Made by a program: the position numbers and the translations under genes. 50,042 bases of DNA from a virus (lineage: Duplodnaviria > Heunggongvirae > Uroviricota > Caudoviricetes). The DNA is taken from positions 1-50,042 of the IMG/VR virus record IMGVR_UViG_640753025_000001. One strand, given 5' to 3'. Below, piece by piece: positions 20,217 through 31,856 of the stretch. Every line of letters begins with the position of its first letter. Position 1 is the first letter of the stretch. A model generated the notes under the pieces. It saw nothing but the letters and a program-made list of their open reading frames with translations. It did not search any database and was not told where the DNA came from.

Positions 20217-20735
20217 ATGAATCATCAATTGGCTAATCTCGATTTCCGGGACATGGTGGTTGTTTCTGGTGATCGCGTGATCACAACCTCCCGCAAGGTA
20301 GCAGCTTACTTCGACAAGCAGCATCACCACATCATTCAGAAAATCGAAAAGCTAGACTGTTCGGATGAATTTCTAACCAGCAACTTTTCGCGGGTTACCT
20401 ATGAACACAAGGGTAATCAGTATGTTGAATATGAAATTTCCAAAGACGGCGCGATGTACATCATCATGTCGTTTACCGGCAAAAAAGCTGCCGCCATCAA
20501 AGAGGCGTTTATCAAAGCATTTAATTGGATGCGTGACAGGCTGATGGAGTTGGCTCACTCATACCAAAGAGAGCACAACGAGTTAATGCTGGAGTTCATG
20601 AAGGAAAAGGATGTTGCCAGTATGTCAGGACGCTTGCTGAGCCGCTGGGGCAGGATCAAAAAACCGCAACTCATAGCAAGAATCGAAAGGCTTGAGCAGC
20701 AGGCGCAAATATCGATCCCCGGACTGCCAAAGTGA
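20217..20735 (+). CDS. rha: Rha-family phage regulatory protein
   Basis: ATG at 20217; N-terminal VVVSGDRVITTSRKVAAYFDKQHHHIIQKIEKL matches the Rha pattern as I recall it. Confidence 0.65.
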   Translation: MNHQLANLDFRDMVVVSGDRVITTSRKVAAYFDKQHHHIIQKIEKLDCSDEFLTSNFSRVTYEHKGNQYVEYEISKDGAMYIIMSFTGKKAAAIKEAFIKAFNWMRDRLMELAHSYQREHNELMLEFMKEKDVASMSGRLLSRWGRIKKPQLIARIERLEQQAQISIPGLPK

Positions 20736-21089
20736 CCATTCCAAAGCCCATCTACAGGTGGGCTTGATAATGAAACCGTGATTTACATCCCTCACAATCC
20801 AGGTATGTAAAAGCTGGATCATGCGAGAACGGATTTAACTAAATCTGTGCGCCACCAGTTAACGGCAGTACCACGAAACAACCCAAGCCAGTAAGTGGGG
20901 AAATAACACTGGCAGCCACTGAAAGATGAACCCCCTGCCTTATGGCAAAAAAGATTCTTTGTGTTGGCGGACTGATGGAAAGACATCGGTTATTGCAGAG
21001 GCCATTCAATGAGTGGTCTCGACAATGGCTTATACCATACACGGGATAACTTAACTGATATCCCTTTTAACGGATAAACGGAGCCAATA

Positions 21090-21332
21090 ATGGCAGAGAT
21101 TATTCCCATGACTGAAGAACAGAAATTCCAGTTAGAGATTTACAAACTGGTCATGAACCAGAACGCAGCCGCAGAAGAAGCATTTCAGTTCATTGGCACT
21201 GACGAGCTGAAGCTTGAGCTATTCAAAATTCACTTCCAGTCAGGTGGCGCTAATTCAGATATCACGACCCGCACTATCGAAGCGGTGCGTAAATCGAAGG
21301 AAGCGTTAGACCTGTTCACTACCGGAGCATAA
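21090..21332 (+). CDS. hypothetical protein upstream of terminase
   Basis: 80-aa ORF. Confidence 0.45.
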   Translation: MAEIIPMTEEQKFQLEIYKLVMNQNAAAEEAFQFIGTDELKLELFKIHFQSGGANSDITTRTIEAVRKSKEALDLFTTGA

Positions 21333-21334
21333 AC

Positions 21335-21775
21335 ATGGCGCGCCCAACAAAGTATCAAGAGGCGTATGCCGAACAGGCACGCAAACTGTGCTTGCTGGGC
21401 TACACCGATGCAGAGCTTGCTGATTTCTTCGAAGTCAGTGAGTCAACTATTAACAAGTGGAAGCTTGATTATCCTGAGTTTTCGGAGTCCATAAAAAAGG
21501 GTAAGGCCGTCGCTGATGCAGAAGTTAGTGACCGTCTTTATCAACGCGCTATGGGCTTCGTGGCTCCAGACATCGATATTCGTGTTATTGAAAACAGAAT
21601 TGTCGAAACTCCGCTTGAGAAGTATTACCCGCCTGATACAACCGCCGCCATCTTCTGGCTTAAGAACCGACAGAAGGATAAATGGCGCGACAAGGTTGAT
21701 CACGAGCTAACAGGCAAAGACGGCGGCGCAATCCAGATTGAAACATCACCGATGAGCACTCTATTCGGAAAATGA
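21335..21775 (+). CDS. terminase small subunit
   Basis: 146-aa ORF with HTH-like N-terminus, overlapping start of large terminase. Confidence 0.8.
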   Translation: MARPTKYQEAYAEQARKLCLLGYTDAELADFFEVSESTINKWKLDYPEFSESIKKGKAVADAEVSDRLYQRAMGFVAPDIDIRVIENRIVETPLEKYYPPDTTAAIFWLKNRQKDKWRDKVDHELTGKDGGAIQIETSPMSTLFGK

Positions 21776-23187
21776 CCTCGATTAATCCTATCTTTGAACC
21801 GTTCATTGAGGCGCATCGCTACAAAGTCGCCAAAGGCGGTCGAGGTAGCGGTAAGTCATGGGCAATTGCGAGGCTGCTTGTTGAAGCGGCGCGTCGGCAG
21901 CCAGTGCGTATTCTTTGCGCTCGTGAACTGCAAAACAGTATCAGCGATTCGGTAATCCGGTTGCTTGAAGATACCATCGAGCGTGAAGGGTATTCGGCTG
22001 AGTTTGAAATTCAGCGTTCCATGATTCGTCATCTCGGAACGAATGCTGAATTCATGTTCTACGGCATCAAAAACAACCCGACGAAGATTAAATCGCTCGA
22101 AGGCATTGATATCTGCTGGGTGGAAGAAGCGGAAGCGGTAACGAAGGAATCATGGGATATCCTGATACCAACCATCCGTAAGCCGTTCTCTGAAATATGG
22201 GTGAGCTTTAACCCGAAGAACATACTCGACGATACCTATCAGCGATTCGTTGTAAATCCTCCCGATGATATTTGCCTGCTGACGGTGAACTACACCGACA
22301 ACCCGCACTTTCCTGAAGTTCTCCGTCTGGAGATGGAAGAGTGTAAACGCAGAAACCCGACACTGTATCGTCACATCTGGCTTGGTGAGCCAGTAAGCGC
22401 AAGTGATATGGCAATCATCAAACGTGAATGGCTTGAAGCCGCAACCGATGCGCACAAGAAACTCGGATGGAAAGCGAAAGGCGCTGTTGTCTCTGCACAT
22501 GATCCATCAGATACAGGGCCAGATGCTAAAGGTTACGCATCGCGCCACGGTTCGGTAGTTAAGCGCATTGCCGAAGGTCTGCTGATGGACATCAACGATG
22601 GTGCTGACTGGGCTACTTCGCTGGCGATTGAAGACGGCGCTGACCACTACCTGTGGGATGGTGATGGTGTTGGTGCCGGGCTACGCAGACAGACAACGGA
22701 AGCGTTCTCCGGCAAGAAAATCACCGCCACGATGTTCAAGGGCAGCGAATCGCCATTCGATGAAGATGCACCGTATCAGGCCGGAGCATGGGCCGATGAA
22801 GTCGTACAGGGCGACAACGTTCGCACTATTGGCGATGTATTCCGCAATAAGCGAGCGCAATTCTATTACGCGCTGGCTGACAGGCTGTATCTGACATATC
22901 GGGCGGTTGTTCATGGTGAGTATGCAGACCCCGACGACATGCTGAGTTTCGACAAAGAAGCGATAGGCGAGAAGATGCTGGAGAAGCTGTTTGCAGAACT
23001 GACGCAGATTCAGCGCAAATTCAATAACAACGGGAAGCTGGAGCTAATGACTAAGGTCGAAATGAAGCAGAAGCTCGGTATTCCATCTCCTAACCTGGCT
23101 GATGCGCTGATGATGTGTATGCATTGCCCGGAGTCGGCTGCGCAACCCGACTATTCCAGTTACTCAATTCCTTGTGGTGTAGGTTGA
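21772..23187 (+). CDS. terminase large subunit
   Basis: Walker A GGRGSGKS near N-terminus, C-terminal nuclease region. Confidence 0.93.
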   Translation: MTSINPIFEPFIEAHRYKVAKGGRGSGKSWAIARLLVEAARRQPVRILCARELQNSISDSVIRLLEDTIEREGYSAEFEIQRSMIRHLGTNAEFMFYGIKNNPTKIKSLEGIDICWVEEAEAVTKESWDILIPTIRKPFSEIWVSFNPKNILDDTYQRFVVNPPDDICLLTVNYTDNPHFPEVLRLEMEECKRRNPTLYRHIWLGEPVSASDMAIIKREWLEAATDAHKKLGWKAKGAVVSAHDPSDTGPDAKGYASRHGSVVKRIAEGLLMDINDGADWATSLAIEDGADHYLWDGDGVGAGLRRQTTEAFSGKKITATMFKGSESPFDEDAPYQAGAWADEVVQGDNVRTIGDVFRNKRAQFYYALADRLYLTYRAVVHGEYADPDDMLSFDKEAIGEKMLEKLFAELTQIQRKFNNNGKLELMTKVEMKQKLGIPSPNLADALMMCMHCPESAAQPDYSSYSIPCGVG

Positions 23188-23188
23188 T

Positions 23189-25387
23189 ATGGCAGAAAAA
23201 AAGATGACTGACTGGCATCGCAAGGTGCTGTGCAACTTTGATAATGCCTGGTCAGCAACGCAGGATATGCGTGAGCAGATTATTGAGGCTCAACGTTTCG
23301 TCAGGGTGTCCGGCGCACAGTGGGAAGGCAGCACAAACGCTGGTTACTCATTTGATGAAGGCAGGTTTGAGCATTATCCGCGTTTTGAACTGAATAAGAT
23401 TGCCCGTGAATGTGATCGCATCATTGGCGAGTATCGACAGAATCGCATCAGCGTTAAATTCAGGCCGAAGGACGATAAGGCATCGGAAGCGTTAGCCGAA
23501 AAGATGAACGGCAAATTCCGCGCTGACTATCAGGAAACATCCGGTGGCGAAGCGTGTGATAACGCATTTGATGATGCCGTAACGGGTGGATTCGGTTGTT
23601 TCCGCATGTGTGCCGATTACGAAGATGAAATGGATCCGAGTAACGAGCAGCGACGCATCAGCCTTCTTCCTGTTTACGACCCAGCGACATGCGTCTTCTT
23701 CGATCAGGACAGCAAGCAATATGACCGTTCTGATGCTATGTGGGCTATGGAAATGTTCTCCATGACGCCTAAAGCGTTCGAGGCTGAATACCCTGATTCC
23801 ATCGCGGCAAGCCTTTCTCGTGATGACACTGGTACTCAGTATGACTGGTCAACGCCCGATGCCATCTATGTTGGACGCTACTACGAAGTTCGCATAGAGA
23901 AGGTGAAGCTCACGGCGTGGCGCAACCCTGTTAGCGGAGAAACGGCAATTTATGATGAAGAGCAAATCAAAGATATTGTCGACGAGCTGACCGATGGTGC
24001 ATTCGAACTGATTGGCGAGCGAACGGTGAAGAAGCGCCGCGTTTATTGCGGTCTTCTGTCTGGCGCTGAATGGCTGGAAGAACCTAAGCGTATTCCGGGC
24101 GAACATATTCCTCTCATCCCGGTATATGGGCGTCGCTCATTTGTTGATAATCAGGAGCGAATCGAAGGCCACGCAGCAAAAGCGATGGATGCACAGCGTC
24201 TTGAGAACCTGATGGTTTCCATGATTGCAGATAACGCTACTCAGGCTGGCGGTGATGGCATTCCTGTAGTTGATGTTGACATGATTCCTGGTCCTCTCGC
24301 CACTCATTGGGCGGAGCGCAACAAAAAGCGCCCGGCGTTCCTGCCGATGGTCAGTCTGAAAAACAAAAACGGAGATATTACTGCGCAGGCTCAGGTCAGC
24401 AGTTATACGCCTCCGACACAAATGCCTCCAGCTCTTGCCGGGCTATTGCAGTACACCGGAACGGCTATTCAGCAAATTACAGGTGCGTCGCAGATTGAGA
24501 ACATGCCGAGCAACGTCGCCACCGATACCGTTGATAGCATCTTTAACCGGATGGACACGCAGTCCTATATCTACATGGACAACATGGCTAAATCCATGCG
24601 TCGCGCTGGCGTTGTGTGGCTTTCTATGGCGCGTGAGGTCTATGGCAGTGATACGCCGATGCGTATCGTTAATGAGGACGGCAGCGATGACGTGGCGTTG
24701 ATGACTGGTGAAGTGGTTGACCGTCAGACAGGGCAGGTTATCGCGCTTAACGACCTTTCGCAGGGTAACTATGAAGTGACTGTCGATGTCGGTCAGTCGT
24801 TCGCTACTCGCCGTGATGCAACGGTTAAGTCGTTACTTTCCATGCTGGCACTTATCCCACCAGGAACGCCGAAGCACGATCTTGTATCGTCGATGATTCT
24901 CGACAATATGGACGGCGAAGGGATGGACGACCTTAAAGAATACAACCGCAATCAGTTGCTTCTGTCTGGCGTTATCAAGCCGAGAACGCCTGAAGAACAG
25001 CAGATGGTTGAACAGGCGAAACAACAACAGGCCAGTCAGCCAGATCCGGCTATGGTTGCTGCGCAAGGTCAGCTTCTTGCTGGTCAGGCTGAATTGCAGA
25101 AAGCGCAGAACGAGCAGGCAGCCATTCAGGTTAAAGCATTCCAGGCACAGACTGATGCTCAGGTTGCAGCGGCAAACGTTGTGAAAATCCTCGCATCTGC
25201 CGATAGCCAGCAGAAATCTGATATCCGCGAGGCTCTGAAACTGCTCGGACAGTTCCAGCAACAGCAAGGAGATAATGCCCGTGCTGATGCAGAGCTTGTC
25301 CTGAAAAGTCAGGCACAGGGCCATGCGCAGCGCATGGACATCAGCAGCATCCTGCAAAAATCAACTCAGCAACAACCACAGCAGTAA
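23189..25387 (+). CDS. portal protein (P22 gp1-like)
   Basis: 732 aa; collinear with P22 portal as recalled, including Q/A-rich C-terminal barrel. Confidence 0.93.
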   Translation: MAEKKMTDWHRKVLCNFDNAWSATQDMREQIIEAQRFVRVSGAQWEGSTNAGYSFDEGRFEHYPRFELNKIARECDRIIGEYRQNRISVKFRPKDDKASEALAEKMNGKFRADYQETSGGEACDNAFDDAVTGGFGCFRMCADYEDEMDPSNEQRRISLLPVYDPATCVFFDQDSKQYDRSDAMWAMEMFSMTPKAFEAEYPDSIAASLSRDDTGTQYDWSTPDAIYVGRYYEVRIEKVKLTAWRNPVSGETAIYDEEQIKDIVDELTDGAFELIGERTVKKRRVYCGLLSGAEWLEEPKRIPGEHIPLIPVYGRRSFVDNQERIEGHAAKAMDAQRLENLMVSMIADNATQAGGDGIPVVDVDMIPGPLATHWAERNKKRPAFLPMVSLKNKNGDITAQAQVSSYTPPTQMPPALAGLLQYTGTAIQQITGASQIENMPSNVATDTVDSIFNRMDTQSYIYMDNMAKSMRRAGVVWLSMAREVYGSDTPMRIVNEDGSDDVALMTGEVVDRQTGQVIALNDLSQGNYEVTVDVGQSFATRRDATVKSLLSMLALIPPGTPKHDLVSSMILDNMDGEGMDDLKEYNRNQLLLSGVIKPRTPEEQQMVEQAKQQQASQPDPAMVAAQGQLLAGQAELQKAQNEQAAIQVKAFQAQTDAQVAAANVVKILASADSQQKSDIREALKLLGQFQQQQGDNARADAELVLKSQAQGHAQRMDISSILQKSTQQQPQQ

Positions 25388-25477
25388 TTAACCCATAACG
25401 TGCAATGGCTGTCTTTATGAGGCCTGGCACCCTATTGCCTTCCGATGGGCTGAACATCGAGTAAACAGGGGTAACAA

Positions 25478-26371
25478 ATGGACCAGATGGCAGAAAACAC
25501 ACCAGAAGTTGAAATCGAAACCGACGCGTCAGAGCAGATTCCTGATGATGTCGAACTGGCTGAAGAAGTCGAAACAGAAGATGGCAGTGAGTCCTCCGGC
25601 AATGATGCAGAGGAAGCTACTGAAACTGATGACGACGAATCAGAACAGGAATTCTACTTTGGTGACGAAAAGCTGGATTCGCCAACCAGCGAAGATGGCG
25701 CAGAGCATGGACTGGTAAAACACCTGCGCAAGACGATTAAAGAGAAAGACCGCGAGCTGAAAGAGCTGATGCGTCAGTCCCAGAAACCCGTCGAGCAGCA
25801 GCCGGTAATCACTCAACCACCGCGAATGCCAAAACTGGACGATGAGGACATCGGTTTCGATGAAGAAATCTACCAGCAACGCATGGCTAAGTGGGCAGAG
25901 GATAACGGCAAGTACCAGCAACAGGAGATGGCTCGCAAGCAGAAGGAGCAGGAGCTTCAGGCTGCCTATCAAGAGCGATTATCCAAATATCAGCAACGTG
26001 TTAAGGCTCTCAAAGTTCCTGGCTATCAGGAAGCTGAGCAGGCCGTACTCGAGGAAATCCCCATCGAGACACAAAACGCGATCCTGTTTGAGTCAGAGAA
26101 GCCGGAAATCGTTGTTCTGGCACTCGGTCGCAACGCTGAACTGCGCAAGCAACTGGCAGAAGCTACCAACCCCGTAGCAATTGGTCGTCTTCTGGAACGT
26201 ATCGAATCGAAGGCCAGAATCATGCCAAAAGCAAAAACCACGGCAGCCACAACCCCGACAGTTAAGGGGAGCAACGGCGCAGTAATCAATAACCTCGACA
26301 AACTGAAAGCCAAGGCGCTGGAAACTGGTGACTGGACGCCGTATTTCGCCGCTAAAAAGGCAAAAAAATAA
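25478..26371 (+). CDS. scaffolding protein (P22 gp8-like)
   Basis: 297-aa acidic, helix-rich ORF between portal and coat. Confidence 0.8.
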   Translation: MDQMAENTPEVEIETDASEQIPDDVELAEEVETEDGSESSGNDAEEATETDDDESEQEFYFGDEKLDSPTSEDGAEHGLVKHLRKTIKEKDRELKELMRQSQKPVEQQPVITQPPRMPKLDDEDIGFDEEIYQQRMAKWAEDNGKYQQQEMARKQKEQELQAAYQERLSKYQQRVKALKVPGYQEAEQAVLEEIPIETQNAILFESEKPEIVVLALGRNAELRKQLAEATNPVAIGRLLERIESKARIMPKAKTTAATTPTVKGSNGAVINNLDKLKAKALETGDWTPYFAAKKAKK

Positions 26372-26389
26372 CCTATCGGAGCATTAAGC

Positions 26390-27643
26390 ATGGCTAACCA
26401 ATTAGCAAAAGACCTTGAAATCATGTTCGAAAACTACGTTGAAGGCTTTGAGGCCGCCTGCGTAGTTTCCCGTAACGCTAAAAAATTCCGTCCCGGTGAT
26501 ACAGCAATGCAGCGAGCAGGTGATGTTCTGTATCGTCCGCAGCATTACCACATGAACATTGAGGAAGGCCTCGATCTCAGCAGCAAAACGCCAACAGCAC
26601 TGGTTCAGCGCCTTGTTCCTTCTGTGTTCAAGGAGCCGAAAAACATTCTGTACACTCTGGATGCGCGTGAAATGCGTGACCCGGAACATAAAACTGAAGC
26701 TGGTCGCGCCGCAGGTATGCGCCTTGCTGCACAGATTGACTCTGACCTGATTTCCATGGTTACGCAGCGTGCTACTAACGTGATCACGATGGCTGACTCA
26801 ACCACAGGTTCACAGGGCCGTGATTTGTGGAACTGTGCGGCAGGTATTGATGCCACCATGACGGCGATTGGTGTACCTCAGGGTATCAACCGTCGCTCTT
26901 TCTGGAACCCCTTCAACTACAAAGACCTTGCTGGCGAGCTTGGTCACCGTGCCTATGCTCAGGGCACAACCCTGACAGCATACGAAAAAGCGCAAATCCC
27001 TCCGGTTGCGTCCTTCGATAGCTACAAGACCGATATTTCTGGTCGTGTTCCGAAGGGTACAGCAACTTCCATTACGCTGGCAGCAGCACCTGCGCACAAG
27101 GTTGAAGCCAAAGATGCTAACGATATGCCAGTGGATAACCGACAGGGGACCATTACGGTATCTGCTGAAGGTTTGCAGGTTGGCGATGCGTTTACCATCG
27201 CAGGGGTGAATTCTGTACACCAGATCACCAAAGATACCACCGGGCAGCCGCAGGTATTCCGCGTTCTGGCAGTAAGCGGAACGACAGTAACTATCTCCCC
27301 GAAAATTCTGCCGCCTGACAACGCGGATGTCGCCAGCCGACCATATGCAAACGTTGATGCTAATGCGGCAAGTAGCGCAGCAATCACCATTCTCAACAAA
27401 AATGCCGCACCGGCTAACCTGTTCTGGGCTGATGGTTCTGTTGAACTGATGTACGGCAAGCTGGCGTTCCCGACTGGTCAGGGTCCACAGGTAATGACAG
27501 CAACCACCGAGCAGGGCGCTACGCTGATCATGTCTTACGCCTTCGACCACATCAAAGGTGTAACCACTGCGCGTTTCACCACCCTGTACGGTTGCTCTGT
27601 ACTTGTTCCTGAATATACGGGCATCGTTATTGCCGGGCAGTAA
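26390..27643 (+). CDS. major capsid (coat) protein (P22 gp5-like)
   Basis: 417-aa ORF in coat position and of P22 coat size. Confidence 0.85.
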   Translation: MANQLAKDLEIMFENYVEGFEAACVVSRNAKKFRPGDTAMQRAGDVLYRPQHYHMNIEEGLDLSSKTPTALVQRLVPSVFKEPKNILYTLDAREMRDPEHKTEAGRAAGMRLAAQIDSDLISMVTQRATNVITMADSTTGSQGRDLWNCAAGIDATMTAIGVPQGINRRSFWNPFNYKDLAGELGHRAYAQGTTLTAYEKAQIPPVASFDSYKTDISGRVPKGTATSITLAAAPAHKVEAKDANDMPVDNRQGTITVSAEGLQVGDAFTIAGVNSVHQITKDTTGQPQVFRVLAVSGTTVTISPKILPPDNADVASRPYANVDANAASSAAITILNKNAAPANLFWADGSVELMYGKLAFPTGQGPQVMTATTEQGATLIMSYAFDHIKGVTTARFTTLYGCSVLVPEYTGIVIAGQ

Positions 27644-27684
27644 TTTTGGTGGGGCTTCGGCCCCATTTTTATTGGGAGAAGACA

Positions 27685-27873
27685 ATGGCACGAACAATGC
27701 TCTATAAGCCTGGCAACATGATCACCTGTGGTCAGTTTGCTGTCGATTACATCATTGTTGATGACGAAGAAGTTAAATCTCACCTGAAAAAAGGTTGGGT
27801 AAAAACTCCTGAAGAAACCGCAACGAAGCAAAAAGTGGCTAAGGCGGAAGAAGATGGCGAAAACGAAGGGTGA
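27685..27873 (+). CDS. small hypothetical protein after coat
   Basis: 62-aa ORF from ATG at 27685. Confidence 0.4.
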   Translation: MARTMLYKPGNMITCGQFAVDYIIVDDEEVKSHLKKGWVKTPEETATKQKVAKAEEDGENEG

Positions 27874-28315
27874 TCTCGTTCTAAAGGCTTTACGAAAAGC
27901 CGGGCTGTATTCCAATGCCACGTTGACAGATGCTGACCCTCAGGCAATTGAAGATGCCATTAATGACCTCGAAGACATGATGGCAGCATGGCAGGCGAAA
28001 GGTATCGAGCTTGGGTATCAGTTTGCTGATACAGAAAACGGCATCATGCCGTTACCTGACGATGATTCAGGTATCCCTGCATGGGCAAATGATGGCGTCG
28101 CTTTGAAACTCGCTGTGCAAGTGTGCATGGATAACGTCATTCAGCCGTCAGACGCTCTCCTTACCGCTGCTGACAGTGCATATCAAACAATCTGTATCGC
28201 TTTAACCAAAATACCACCACTTGAGCGGCGAAATGATATGCCTCGCGGTAGTGGTAACAAAAGCGCGTTTACGTGGAATCGGTTTTACATCGAGAAAGAT
28301 GATCCGAGTACGTGA
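27854..28315 (+). CDS. head completion / tail adaptor protein (P22 gp4-like)
   Basis: 153 aa; KGDLV..ALRKAG N-terminus resembles P22 gp4. Confidence 0.8.
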   Translation: MAKTKGDLVLKALRKAGLYSNATLTDADPQAIEDAINDLEDMMAAWQAKGIELGYQFADTENGIMPLPDDDSGIPAWANDGVALKLAVQVCMDNVIQPSDALLTAADSAYQTICIALTKIPPLERRNDMPRGSGNKSAFTWNRFYIEKDDPST

Positions 28316-28324
28316 GGTGAATAA

Positions 28325-29743
28325 ATGCCGATTCAGCAACTTCCGCTTATGAAAGGTGTCGGCAAAGACTTCCGAAACGCCGACTATATCGACTATCTGC
28401 CAGTGAATATGCTGGCTACACCCAAAGAAATCCTGAACAGCAGCGGATATCTTCGCTCATTCCCGGGCATTGCCAAACGCTCTGATGTGAACGGCGTATC
28501 TCGCGGCGTCGAGTACAACATGGCGCAGAGTGCTGTTTATCGCGTATGTGGTGGCAAGCTGTATAAGGGCGAAAGTGAAGTCGGTGACGTCGCCGGAAGT
28601 GGTCGCGTATCAATGGCGCATGGTCGAACATCTCAGGCTGTAGGCGTTAATGGTCAACTGGTCGAGTATCGCTATGATGGTACGGTTAAAACCGTCTCAA
28701 ACTGGCCTACAGACAGCGGATTCACACAGTACGAGTTAGGTTCAGTTCGCGATATTACGCGCTTACGTGGGCGTTATGCGTGGTCAAAAGACGGCACTGA
28801 TTCATGGTTTATCACTGACCTTGAAGACGAATCGCATCCTGACCGATACAGCGCACAATATCGTGCTGAGTCTCAGCCTGACGGCATCATTGGCATCGGA
28901 ACATGGCGAGACTTCATCGTCTGCTTTGGTTCATCGACGATTGAATATTTCTCCCTGACTGGTGCAACCACCGTTGGTGCAGCTTTGTATGTCGCACAGC
29001 CATCACTGATGGTGCAAAAAGGCATCGCCGGGACTTACTGCAAAACGCCATTCGCTGATTCTTATGCGTTCATCAGCAATCCGGCAACTGGTGCGCCGTC
29101 TGTATACATCATCGGCTCCGGTCAGGTATCACCAATCGCTAGCGCGAGCATTGAGAAAATCCTCCGCTCCTACACTGCTGATGAACTGGCTGATGGTGTG
29201 ATGGAATCGCTGCGATTTGATGCTCATGAGTTGCTGATTATCCACCTTCCGCGCCATGTTCTCGTGTACGACGCATCTTCAAGCGCCAATGGTCCGCAAT
29301 GGTGTGTGTTGAAAACTGGCCTGTATGACGATGTGTACCGCGCTATCGACTTCATTTACGAAGGCAATCAGATAACGTGCGGCGATAAGCTGGAATCGGT
29401 GACCGGGAAATTGCAGTTCGACATCAGCAGCCAGTACGACAAGCAACAGGAACACCTGCTGTTTACTCCGTTGTTCAAAGCGGATAACGCCAGATGCTTC
29501 GATCTGGAGGTGGAATCATCCACTGGCGTAGCTCAGTACGCCGACCGCCTGTTCCTCTCTGCAACCACTGACGGCATAAATTACGGACGTGAGCAGATGA
29601 TTGAACAGAATGAACCGTTCGTTTACGACAAACGTGTTTTGTGGAAGCGAGTAGGGCGCATCAGGAAAAATGTCGGCTTCAAATTGCGCGTTATCACGAA
29701 GTCACCTGTCACTCTGTCTGGCTGCCAGATAAGGATTGAGTAA
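28325..29743 (+). CDS. tail hub protein (P22 gp10-like)
   Basis: 472 aa, same length and position as P22 gp10. Confidence 0.85.
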   Translation: MPIQQLPLMKGVGKDFRNADYIDYLPVNMLATPKEILNSSGYLRSFPGIAKRSDVNGVSRGVEYNMAQSAVYRVCGGKLYKGESEVGDVAGSGRVSMAHGRTSQAVGVNGQLVEYRYDGTVKTVSNWPTDSGFTQYELGSVRDITRLRGRYAWSKDGTDSWFITDLEDESHPDRYSAQYRAESQPDGIIGIGTWRDFIVCFGSSTIEYFSLTGATTVGAALYVAQPSLMVQKGIAGTYCKTPFADSYAFISNPATGAPSVYIIGSGQVSPIASASIEKILRSYTADELADGVMESLRFDAHELLIIHLPRHVLVYDASSSANGPQWCVLKTGLYDDVYRAIDFIYEGNQITCGDKLESVTGKLQFDISSQYDKQQEHLLFTPLFKADNARCFDLEVESSTGVAQYADRLFLSATTDGINYGREQMIEQNEPFVYDKRVLWKRVGRIRKNVGFKLRVITKSPVTLSGCQIRIE

Positions 29744-30696
29744 TGGCGGATTCGAATCTCAATGTGCCGGTAATCATTCAGGCTACACGGCTCGACACAT
29801 CAGTCCTTCCACGCAATATCTTCTCGCAGTCGTATCTGCTGTACGTTATCGCACAGGGCACTGATGTTGGTAACGTGGCTAACAAAGCCAACGAGGCCGG
29901 ACAGGGCGCTTATGATGCACAGGTCAGGAACGATGAGCAGGATGTCACCCTTGCAGACCATGAATCCAGAATTGAAGCTGCTGAAGCAACTCTCATCAAT
30001 CATGAACATAGAATTGCAGCAGCGGAAAGCACTCTTGCAGAACATGAAACAAGGATTACGGATGCTGAAACAGAGCTGGCTGATCACGAGACGCGAATTG
30101 CTGCCAATGAATCTGAGTTAGCAAACCATGATGCGCGCATAACTCAGAATACAGCCGATATCGACGCACTTGATACCAGGCTCACAGCGGCAGAGGGAAG
30201 TATTTCGACGCTACAAAGCACAGTTGGTGATCACTCAACAAGAATATCTGCGCTTGAGTATGCCACCACTCGCAAGAAATCAGAGGTTGTTTACTCTGGC
30301 GTATCTGTAACCATCCCGACAGCGCCGACCAACCTTGTTAGCCTGCTGAAAACGCTCACTCCGTCATCCGGCACGTTGGCACCATTCTTCGACACCGTTA
30401 ACAACAAGATGGTTGTGTTCAACGAGAACAAAACCCTGTTCTTCAAGCTGTCGATTGTCGGGACGTGGCCCAGTGGAACCGCCAACAGGTCAATGCAGCT
30501 AACCTTTTCCGGCTCTGTTCCTGACACACTGGTAAGCAGTCGCAACTCGGCGACAACGACCGATAACATCCTGTTAGCTACGTTCTTCAGCGTGGATAAA
30601 GACGGCTTTCTTGCCACAAATGGCAGCACGTTAACCATTCAGTCGAATGGTGCGGCGTTTACTGCCACAACCATCAAGATAATCGCGGAGCAGTAA
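29743..30696 (+). CDS. tail needle (P22 gp26-like) with extended C-terminal knob
   Basis: 317 aa; heptad array [49 protein letters not shown] then ~170-aa C-terminal domain. Confidence 0.8.
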   Translation: MADSNLNVPVIIQATRLDTSVLPRNIFSQSYLLYVIAQGTDVGNVANKANEAGQGAYDAQVRNDEQDVTLADHESRIEAAEATLINHEHRIAAAESTLAEHETRITDAETELADHETRIAANESELANHDARITQNTADIDALDTRLTAAEGSISTLQSTVGDHSTRISALEYATTRKKSEVVYSGVSVTIPTAPTNLVSLLKTLTPSSGTLAPFFDTVNNKMVVFNENKTLFFKLSIVGTWPSGTANRSMQLTFSGSVPDTLVSSRNSATTTDNILLATFFSVDKDGFLATNGSTLTIQSNGAAFTATTIKIIAEQ

Positions 30697-31151
30697 TGAT
30701 TCAGTTCAAACCAACGCGAAACATCGACCTGATAGAAGCCGTGGGAAATCACCCCGACATTATCACCGGGAGCAACAACGGTGATGGATACGACTACAAG
30801 CCTGAATGCCGTTACTTCGAGGTGAACGTGCACGGGCAGTTCGGCGGCATTGTTTACTATCAGGAGATTCAGCCGCTGACATTCGATTGCCACGCCATGT
30901 ACCTGCCAGAGGTTCGTGGATTCAGCAAGGAAATCGGGCTGGCGTTCTGGCGATACATTCTGACTAACACCACCGTTCAGTGCGTAACATCGTTCGCTGC
31001 ACGCAAATTCCGCCACGGTCAGATGTACTGCGCAATGATTGGCCTTAAGCGTGTAGGAACAATCAAGAAATACTTCAAAGGCGTGGATGACGTGACTTTT
31101 TACAGCGCCACACGCGAAGAACTAATCGACTTCCTGAATCACGGGAGATAG
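30696..31151 (+). CDS. gp14-like head/tail assembly protein
   Basis: 151-aa ORF in gp14 position. Confidence 0.6.
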   Translation: MIQFKPTRNIDLIEAVGNHPDIITGSNNGDGYDYKPECRYFEVNVHGQFGGIVYYQEIQPLTFDCHAMYLPEVRGFSKEIGLAFWRYILTNTTVQCVTSFAARKFRHGQMYCAMIGLKRVGTIKKYFKGVDDVTFYSATREELIDFLNHGR

Positions 31152-31153
31152 CC

Positions 31154-31846
31154 ATGTTATATGCATTTAAGCTGGGCAGAAAACTGCGCGGCGAGGAACC
31201 TTATTGCCCTGAAAAAGGCGGGAAAGGTGGCAGTTCTGATAAAAGCGCAAAGTATGCAGCAGAAGCTCAGAAGTATGCCGCAGACCTGCAAAATCAGCAG
31301 TTCAACACCATCATGAACAACCTGAAGCCGTTTACTCCTCTGGCTGATAAGTATGTCGGCAGCCTCGAGAACTTATCGTCTCTGGAAGGGCAAGGTCAGG
31401 CACTTAACCAGTATTACAACTCTCAGCAGTATAAAGACCTTGCAGGTCAGGCTCGCTATCAGAGTCTGGCGGCAGCGGAAGCAACAGGTGGATTGGGTTC
31501 CACCGCAACCAGTAATCAGTTAGCAGCAATCGCACCAACGCTTGGTCAGCAATGGCTATCTGGACAAATGAACAATTACAACAACCTGGCAAATATCGGT
31601 CTTGGCGCTCTTCAGGGGCAGGCAAACGCCGGGCAAACATATGCCAACAACATGAGTCAGATTTCACAGCAAAGCGCGGCGCTGGCTGCGGCAAACGCCA
31701 ACCGACCGTCAGCATTGCAGCAGGGTGTTAGTGGTGCTGCATCCGGTGCGCTTTTGGGTGGTGGCATAGCCAGTGCTCTCGAGCTATCAACTCCGTGGGG
31801 TGCTGGTATTGGTGCTGGTCTTGGTCTGCTTGGTTCACTGTTTTAA
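31154..31846 (+). CDS. ejection protein (P22 gp7-like)
   Basis: 230 aa, Gly/Ala-rich C-terminus. Confidence 0.75.
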   Translation: MLYAFKLGRKLRGEEPYCPEKGGKGGSSDKSAKYAAEAQKYAADLQNQQFNTIMNNLKPFTPLADKYVGSLENLSSLEGQGQALNQYYNSQQYKDLAGQARYQSLAAAEATGGLGSTATSNQLAAIAPTLGQQWLSGQMNNYNNLANIGLGALQGQANAGQTYANNMSQISQQSAALAAANANRPSALQQGVSGAASGALLGGGIASALELSTPWGAGIGAGLGLLGSLF

Positions 31847-31856
31847 GGGGTAATCA

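Noticed and set aside
20736-21089. 350-bp gap between rha and the terminase region as a possible small RNA or pac element
   Set aside because: Only a weak hairpin (AGCCCATCTACAGGTGGGCT) without a T-run; no convincing promoter-terminator pair.
22150-25357. Numerous minus-strand ORFs inside terminase and portal genes (e.g. 22150..22500, 24833..25357)
   Set aside because: Antisense shadow ORFs within conserved structural genes.
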